Shown here one piece after another: positions 57,572-64,000 of a stretch of DNA of 64,000 bases. The stretch spans positions 109,802,001-109,866,000 of the forward strand of contig OZ024740.1 in the NCBI GenBank assembly GCA_964016885.1. Reading direction: 5' to 3'. Source of the stretch: Eledone cirrhosa (Eukaryota). The stretch's first letter is position 1, and each line of letters begins with the position of its first letter. Both the position numbers and the translations under genes were made by a program. The notes below the pieces were generated by a model that was not told the DNA's origin, made no database searches, and saw nothing but the letters and a program-made list of their open reading frames with translations.

Positions 57572-58250
57572 GAGAGAATGGGGTACATAACTTGGAGAAT
57601 GGGGAACATAACTGGGAGAACGGGATACATAACTGGGAGAATGGGATACATAACTGGAAGAATGGGGTATATAACTGGGAGAATGGGGAACATAACTAGG
57701 AGAATGGGGAACATAAATGGGAGAATGGGGGTACATAACTGGGAGAATGGGGAACATAACTGGGAGAATGGGGAACATAATTAGGAGAATGGGGTACATA
57801 ACTAGGAGAATAGGGTACATAACTGGAAGAATAGGATACATAACTGGAAGAATGGGGTACATAACTGGGAGAATGGGATACATAACTGGAAGAATGGGGT
57901 ACATAACTGGGAGAATGGGATACATAACTTGGAGGATGGGATACATAACTGGAAGAATGGGGTACATAATTGGGAGAATGGGATACATAACTGGAAGAAT
58001 GGGGTACATAGCTGGGAGAATGGGATACATAACTGGGAGAATGGGATACATAACTGGAAGAATGGAGTACATAGCTGGGAGAATGGGATACATAACTGGG
58101 AGAATGTTGTGGGATAGCTGGGAGAATGGGACACCTAATTAGGAGAATGGGGCACGTACCTGGGAGAATGGGGTACATAACTGGGAGAATGGGGTGGAAT
58201 AACTGGGAGAATGATGTGGAATAGCTGGGAGAATGGGACAATTAACTGGG
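57572..58250. repeat. 21-bp minisatellite (cataactgggagaatggggta), about 30 copies
   Basis: Direct tandem repeat that degenerates to the right. Confidence 0.95.
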
Positions 58251-60320
58251 ACAATGGAGTGCATGACTGGGAGGATGAGGGTAGTAAGGTGGATGAAAAG
58301 GGGGAACAACAAAAAAAGTATTCTCAGGTAAATTTTAGATGCTGGTCTCAGTGGATCTCATTAGTCAGGTATCAACTGCTAAGAATTAATTGACACACAT
58401 GTATCTATTTCTAACAACTAATTAATTTGATTAGATTTAGTTAAACTTGTTTTTAGTTTCTGTTTTAACTTGTTTATTTTATTTTAAGGAAATTCTTTAA
58501 TGAAAAATATTTGGCAACGTAGAGTTAATTAGGATTACACACTCACACACACAATCATATATATATATAGAGAGAGAGTGAGTGAGATGAATAGATACAC
58601 ACATATATATATAGCTATACCCATACACACACATACATATATAGATAGATATAAATACACACACACACATATACATTCATACAATTGCAAATATATATAT
58701 ACACATAAAAACAAGGAAAATTATAAAACAAAAATAAAATAAATAATTTTTTTTAATAAAAGCCCAGACATGTCAAAATTTTGTTATATATTGCTTCTTG
58801 GTGAAGAATTAACCAAAGTCTGGAAAATATTAGCTTTAAGGTTGGGTAAGGAGTTAACTAAAGTCTGAAAGAGAGATATCAGATTTAAGACAGAGCAAGG
58901 TAGGGGTTTGAACATGTTTTAGTGATGTCTAGAAGGGGCTGTTTGGATAAATTCTAACATACAGAAAAGAACAAACCATGTTGAGGTAGCACGTATAAAG
59001 GGTGTATAATGTAGTATGTAATGCTCATAGAATACATAATGTATGATTTAAGTATGTGTAATGTAAGCATGTATAATGATTTCTAATTAAGGCAGAAGGC
59101 CAGAAATTTGGGGGAAGAGGAAACTCGATTATATTGACCCCAGTATTTGATTGGTACCTTATTTTAACAAACCCAGGAGGATGAACTGCAAAATTGGCCG
59201 CGGTGGGGTTTGAACTTAGAAAACAAAGAGCCTTAAATATATGCTGTACAGTATTTTGTTTGATGCCCTAACAATTGTAGGTGTATATAATGTATAATGT
59301 ACGATGGATGTATATATGTTTAATGCAGGTATATATAATGTATGATGTATATATATATAATGTAGGTATGTATAATATCATCATCATCATTTTACGTCTG
59401 CTTTTCCTTGCTTGCAAGGGTGGGATGGGTCCTCTTCAGCACAGCATCTCTCCATTTGTCATGGTCCTTCATCATCTCCTCTGTGAGCTTCAGCAATCTG
59501 AGGTCAGCTCTCCCCACCTCTGCCCATGTTTTTCATGATAATGTATAAAGTAGGTTTATAATGTATAATATATGTATATATAATGTATGATGTAGGTATA
59601 TAATGTATAACGTATGTATATATATATATATATAGTATAATGTATGATGTCATCATCATCATCTTCGTTTAACGTCCATCTTCCATGCTAGCATGGGTTA
59701 GATGTAGGTATGTATAATGTATGTATATATATATTGTAGGTATACATATAGGATGTATGTATATATAATGTAGGATGTATGTACATATAAAGTAGAATGT
59801 GAATAATATCTAATGTATAATGTATGTGTAATGTAGGTATGTATACTGTACATATATAATGTAGGATATATGTATATATAATGTAGGATGTCATCATCAT
59901 GTTTCACCTAATACCTAATGGCTGAATCTCTGCAATGGGTCACCATTTCTATTGTCAGCTAATACTTGTTTCTACTTTAGGCACAAGACCAGCAATTACC
60001 CAGTGCATTATTGTCAGCTAATACTATATGTCAGTCAGAATTTCAGAGAGAAAGAGGTAGGGTTTGAACTCAAAATGTACACAAGTGTATCAGACACCAC
60101 AAAACATTCCATCCAAGTCCTTAACAATTCTGTAAATCCACCACACTTGGGATACTACTTTATTTATTGACCCTGAAAGGATAAAGGGCAAAGTTGATCT
60201 AGGTAGGATTTGAACTCAGAACGCAGTGAGCTGGAACAAATCCCAAGGTATTTAATCCAGTGCTCTAATCGACTCTGCCACACATGCACGTGTGTGTATA
60301 TATATATATATATCATCATC

Positions 60321-60390
<70 letters not shown>

Positions 60391-60673
60391 GTGTGTGTGT
60401 GTGTGTGCCTGTGTGCATATAATAATATATATATGTATATATATATATATATATATATGATAAAATATGTCAACTTGAAAAAAGCGTCCCACATGGTTAA
60501 AATCATACAAAATAAATAAAAAAGGCAGGTGAAGACAAATGGACAGCCGGAACACAGGACACTCCCCTCTCATTAGTTGACCACTAGAGATACGTTGTTT
60601 CAGTGCTTTAAGATTGATACAACTGGCTCCAGTGCACCTGGAACAATAACAAATGAACATAAGACAATTGATC

Positions 60674-60884
60674 TTAACCCTTTAGCATTCACATTACTCT
60701 ATATATACTATTATATTTTGATGGTAAAGGCTTTACCTCACATAATACTGAATCTAGGAGATTTTGAAAGTGTTTATTTTGAGAACAATACCTTAACATC
60801 AGTTTGAGTGACCAGTTACAACCAGCTTCAACAGAAAAAGGTAGTGAATTCTGGCCGGTTTTGGGTGGTTTGAACATTAAAGGG
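60674..60884. mobile_element. piggyBac-like MITE (copy 1)
   Basis: TTAA-CCCTTTAGCATT left end; similar to 61289-61517; right end degenerate. Confidence 0.55.
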
Positions 60885-61288
60885 GACTGTCCTGTGTTTC
60901 ATCCGTTTGTCCATTTTTCTGTTGTCTTCACCCACCATTTTTATGTAATAATATATGTATATGTGTATATAGATATATAATGTACATAGATTTATTTATT
61001 ACTCACACTGGGACAAAGATGGATGTTTGTAAAGTTTCTTTGTCAATGTCTCAGAAGAGGAAGGGTAATGCAGAAGGCCTCTTTTCAGGGTTTTATAGAC
61101 TGGCAGAAAGAAGGAAAGTATCCTCAAACTGGAGAGGTATTAAACTGGGATATGGAATATCTCTACCCCCACTATGGGAATGCCATAGTCAGTTGACATA
61201 AATTCCCTTATAAGACTGGTATTCTTTTTTTTTTAAGAACATCATCTGATCCTTGGGGGCTTTGGATGGAGTTTAACACTAACAGGAT

Positions 61289-61517
61289 TTAACTCTTTAG
61301 CATTTACATTACCCTATATTTACTATTATATTTTCGTGGTAAACACTTTATCTCATATAATTATCTCACATGATATCAAATCTATGAGTGTTTGATATTA
61401 TTTATTTTGAGAACAATACCTTAACATAAGTATGAACGGGTGGTTATGACCAGTTTGAACAGAAAGAGATGAGAGAATTTTGGTTGGATATGGCTGGTTT
61501 AAATGCTAAAGGGTTAA
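61289..61517. mobile_element. piggyBac-like MITE (copy 2)
   Basis: TTAA ctctttagcattta ... taaatgctaaaggg TTAA. Confidence 0.65.
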
Positions 61518-62039
61518 ACTTGAAATGTAGAAGTAAGGCCACAGTATTATGACTGAAGCCAATAAAAGAATAACTAATATATCGATATGGCAATGTTGTA
61601 GTTTATAAAAGAAAGTTAGACACACCTAACCTAACCTTTGTGAATATATCTAACTTGATATGACTTCAGTCATAAAGAAAAGGTCTCAAATATGTCACAC
61701 ACAACATCAATATAGCCCCAAGACATTGGACTATTCTCTATTTGATCTCTGACTGTCTAGTTCACTGAAAGTATTCAAAGACAGCGCATCAAAACAACTT
61801 GTACTTCCATGGCCTGAGGAAACAGTCTGTGTTTTTGATGCATGGTTAAGAAATATAATCTATATTCTTCAAAGCAGTCATTGGTTTAGATCACTTCCAA
61901 TATTTCCGTCTATCGATGGAGTTGATGTGTTCTACAAACACCATTTCTTTGAACATTTCATTTAGGGATCTTCCAATAAAATATTTATATATATCTATAT
62001 GTGTGTGCATGTGTGTGTGTGTGTGTGTGTGTGTATATT

Positions 62040-62076
<37 letters not shown>

Positions 62077-62393
62077 TCTAAACCCATGCTAGTGTGGAAG
62101 ATAGACGTTAAACGATGATGATGATGATATATATATATATAGAGAGAGATGTTTACTATATTTAGGTTTAATTGATACATATAATATATATATATATTGA
62201 TTATGTTTCTCAATAAAAAAGGTCCATGAACATTAGTGCAGAGCATTAATCATAAAAGTTTAAACAATATATAAAAAGGATATATATCAATTGAGAAACT
62301 ACTAGTATTTTGTACATATATAAAGAGCAAATAATCTGTAAGTAAATATACTTAACACAAGGTGGTAACAAGCCTATAATATATATATATATA

Positions 62394-62596
62394 ACAAAAG
62401 AAGTGTGGTAAGGAACCAGATGGACGATAATGCACCAGAGTACTCAATACTTAGGGTAGTAGAGTGGGTAATAGGAAAATGTTTAACCCTGACGGCAGAG
62501 CTCAAGCTGTTTTGACGGCTATTTCTGGACACCAGAATCCAGAAATAGCTGTCGAAACGGCTTGAGCTCTGCCGTTGGGGTTAAACATTTCCCTAT
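62394..62596 (-). mobile_element. Short PLE-like terminus fold-back (arms 62471-62529 / 62538-62596)
   Basis: Homologous to 27570-27736; bulged hairpin at 62442-62465. Confidence 0.6.
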
Positions 62597-62975
62597 CATC
62601 ATCCTCATTTTACGTCCACTTTTCCCTGCTTGCAAGGGTTGGACGGGTCCTATTCAGCACAGCATCTCTCCACTTGTCACGGTCCTTCGTCATCTCCTCG
62701 GTGAGTTTCATCGATCTGAGGTCTGCTCTCACCACCTCCGCCCATGTTTTTCGTGGTCTACTTCTACTGCGTCTTCCTTCTACTGTGATTTCTTGGCACT
62801 TCTTTACCCAGTGGTCATACTCCATGCACATCACATGTTCACACCATCTCAGCCTTCTCTCCTGCACACCACAACTTATCCCTCTTATACCCAGTTTCTT
62901 TCTCAACTCATCTATGCTTGGTCGTTCACGCATATTGACATTGCACATCCAATGGAGCATACTTGCTTCATTTCT
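62596..62975 (-). mobile_element. RTE family B-like 3' fragment (a similar decayed piece lies at 59377-59535)
   Basis: ORF 62610-62960: RLRWCEHVM...RPRKTW...[12 protein letters not shown]. Confidence 0.9.
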
Positions 62976-62984
62976 CTATATATT

Positions 62985-63042
<58 letters not shown>

Positions 63043-63064
63043 TACATATATACATATATATATA

Positions 63065-63320
63065 TGTAATGTTACTTGATAGAGTGCATAGCTCGGAGAT
63101 ATGAGAGATCACAGCTCCAATGTGGTTAGAATGTCACAGGATAGAATCGCTGGACAGATTTTATCGGCAAAACCATCTGGCAAGACAGCCAGGGGTAGAC
63201 CCTCCAAGCAAGATGGTTGGATAACATCCGTGAGCTTGGTTGGTCTCGTTTGGAGAGGGATCAGTTGCAGATGGTTACTTCTGACAGGACCTGCTGGAAG
63301 GAGTGTTTGAGGACCCTCTC
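63065..63320 (+). mobile_element. Decayed 3' fragment of another RTE-type LINE
   Basis: VVRMSQDRIAGQILSAKPSGKTARGRP..W.DNI...DRTCWK. Confidence 0.6.
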
Positions 63321-63439
63321 AGGAATAAGTGGGCAAAGAAGAACAATATGTTTGTTTATATATATATATAATCAGTTCCCAACAGTTGCATTACACAGAT
63401 ACTCAAGTTTCATTGGGTTTAACCACATTGTATATATTT

Positions 63440-63470
<31 letters not shown>

Positions 63471-63511
63471 CATACATATATATACATCTACATACATATA
63501 TACACGTACAT

Positions 63512-63969
63512 ATGGTGGCTGCCAACTCGTTTTCGAGTACGGCCACTACTTTATATCCATGTAGGAGAACCCCTACTGATGCGCTAAACGAGTGTGACTT
63601 TTCAGTCCAGCCAGCGACTTGAAAACTCGGGTACAAACACTACACTTGTGACAATTATTGACACATAGTGCTGGGCCCATGGTACCATGTCACGACAAGT
63701 GCAGAGAGATCTCCAGATATAAAGCAATGCCTGTGCCGTGAAGCTTTTATAGTGAGCAAAGGCACTGCACAAAGCCAGTCCCACTCTCTTAACCAAGATG
63801 ATATTTACCAAAAAGAAGAACAAGTCAACATCATTGGATACCATCAGAGTTGCAGGTGTTATATCAGAGTTTTCCTTCTCCTAGAATTCTGCCTCGACAA
63901 AGGCTAAGGGGTCATCTCTCCCGGTGATTTTGGATGGCCATTGACTCTTAAGAGCTCCTTTGCCCTTAC
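63512..63969 (-). mobile_element. Longer copy of the 47667-48052 non-coding repeat
   Basis: Direct sequence match to the first copy, plus ~70 bp of extra putative 5' end. Confidence 0.65.
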
Positions 63970-64000
63970 ATATATATACATCTACATACATATATACACG

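Noticed and set aside
57514-58241. MYPILPV / MGYITGR repeat proteins
   Set aside because: Translations of a 21-bp minisatellite.

Overview
AT-rich eukaryotic (animal) non-genic or intronic DNA made almost entirely of nested transposable elements and microsatellites. The repeat types (RTE LINEs with (GAT)n tails, tRNA-derived SINEs, very long (TA)n tracts) suggest an octopod cephalopod; this is inference. No host protein-coding exon could be supported, and nearly all short ORFs are microsatellite or antisense artefacts. Contents: at least four RTE-clade LINE families (two near-full-length copies, several with a PHD-like Zn finger in the RT C-terminal region), Penelope-like element (PLE) remnants with GIY-YIG endonuclease, one Tc1 with long IR/DR ends, two mariners, a probable non-autonomous Helitron, MITEs, SINEs and three minisatellites. 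The most interesting signal is a set of about ten short PLE-derived insertions with unrelated sequences but a shared layout. They form head-to-head fold-backs flanked by (TA)n, many carry a minimal type I hammerhead ribozyme, and downstream they share a covarying hairpin (ACTC/GCTC-stem-loop-2-nt bulge-GAGT/GAGC). The shorter fold-back arm usually stops just 5' of this hairpin. All coordinates and folds were read by eye and are approximate.
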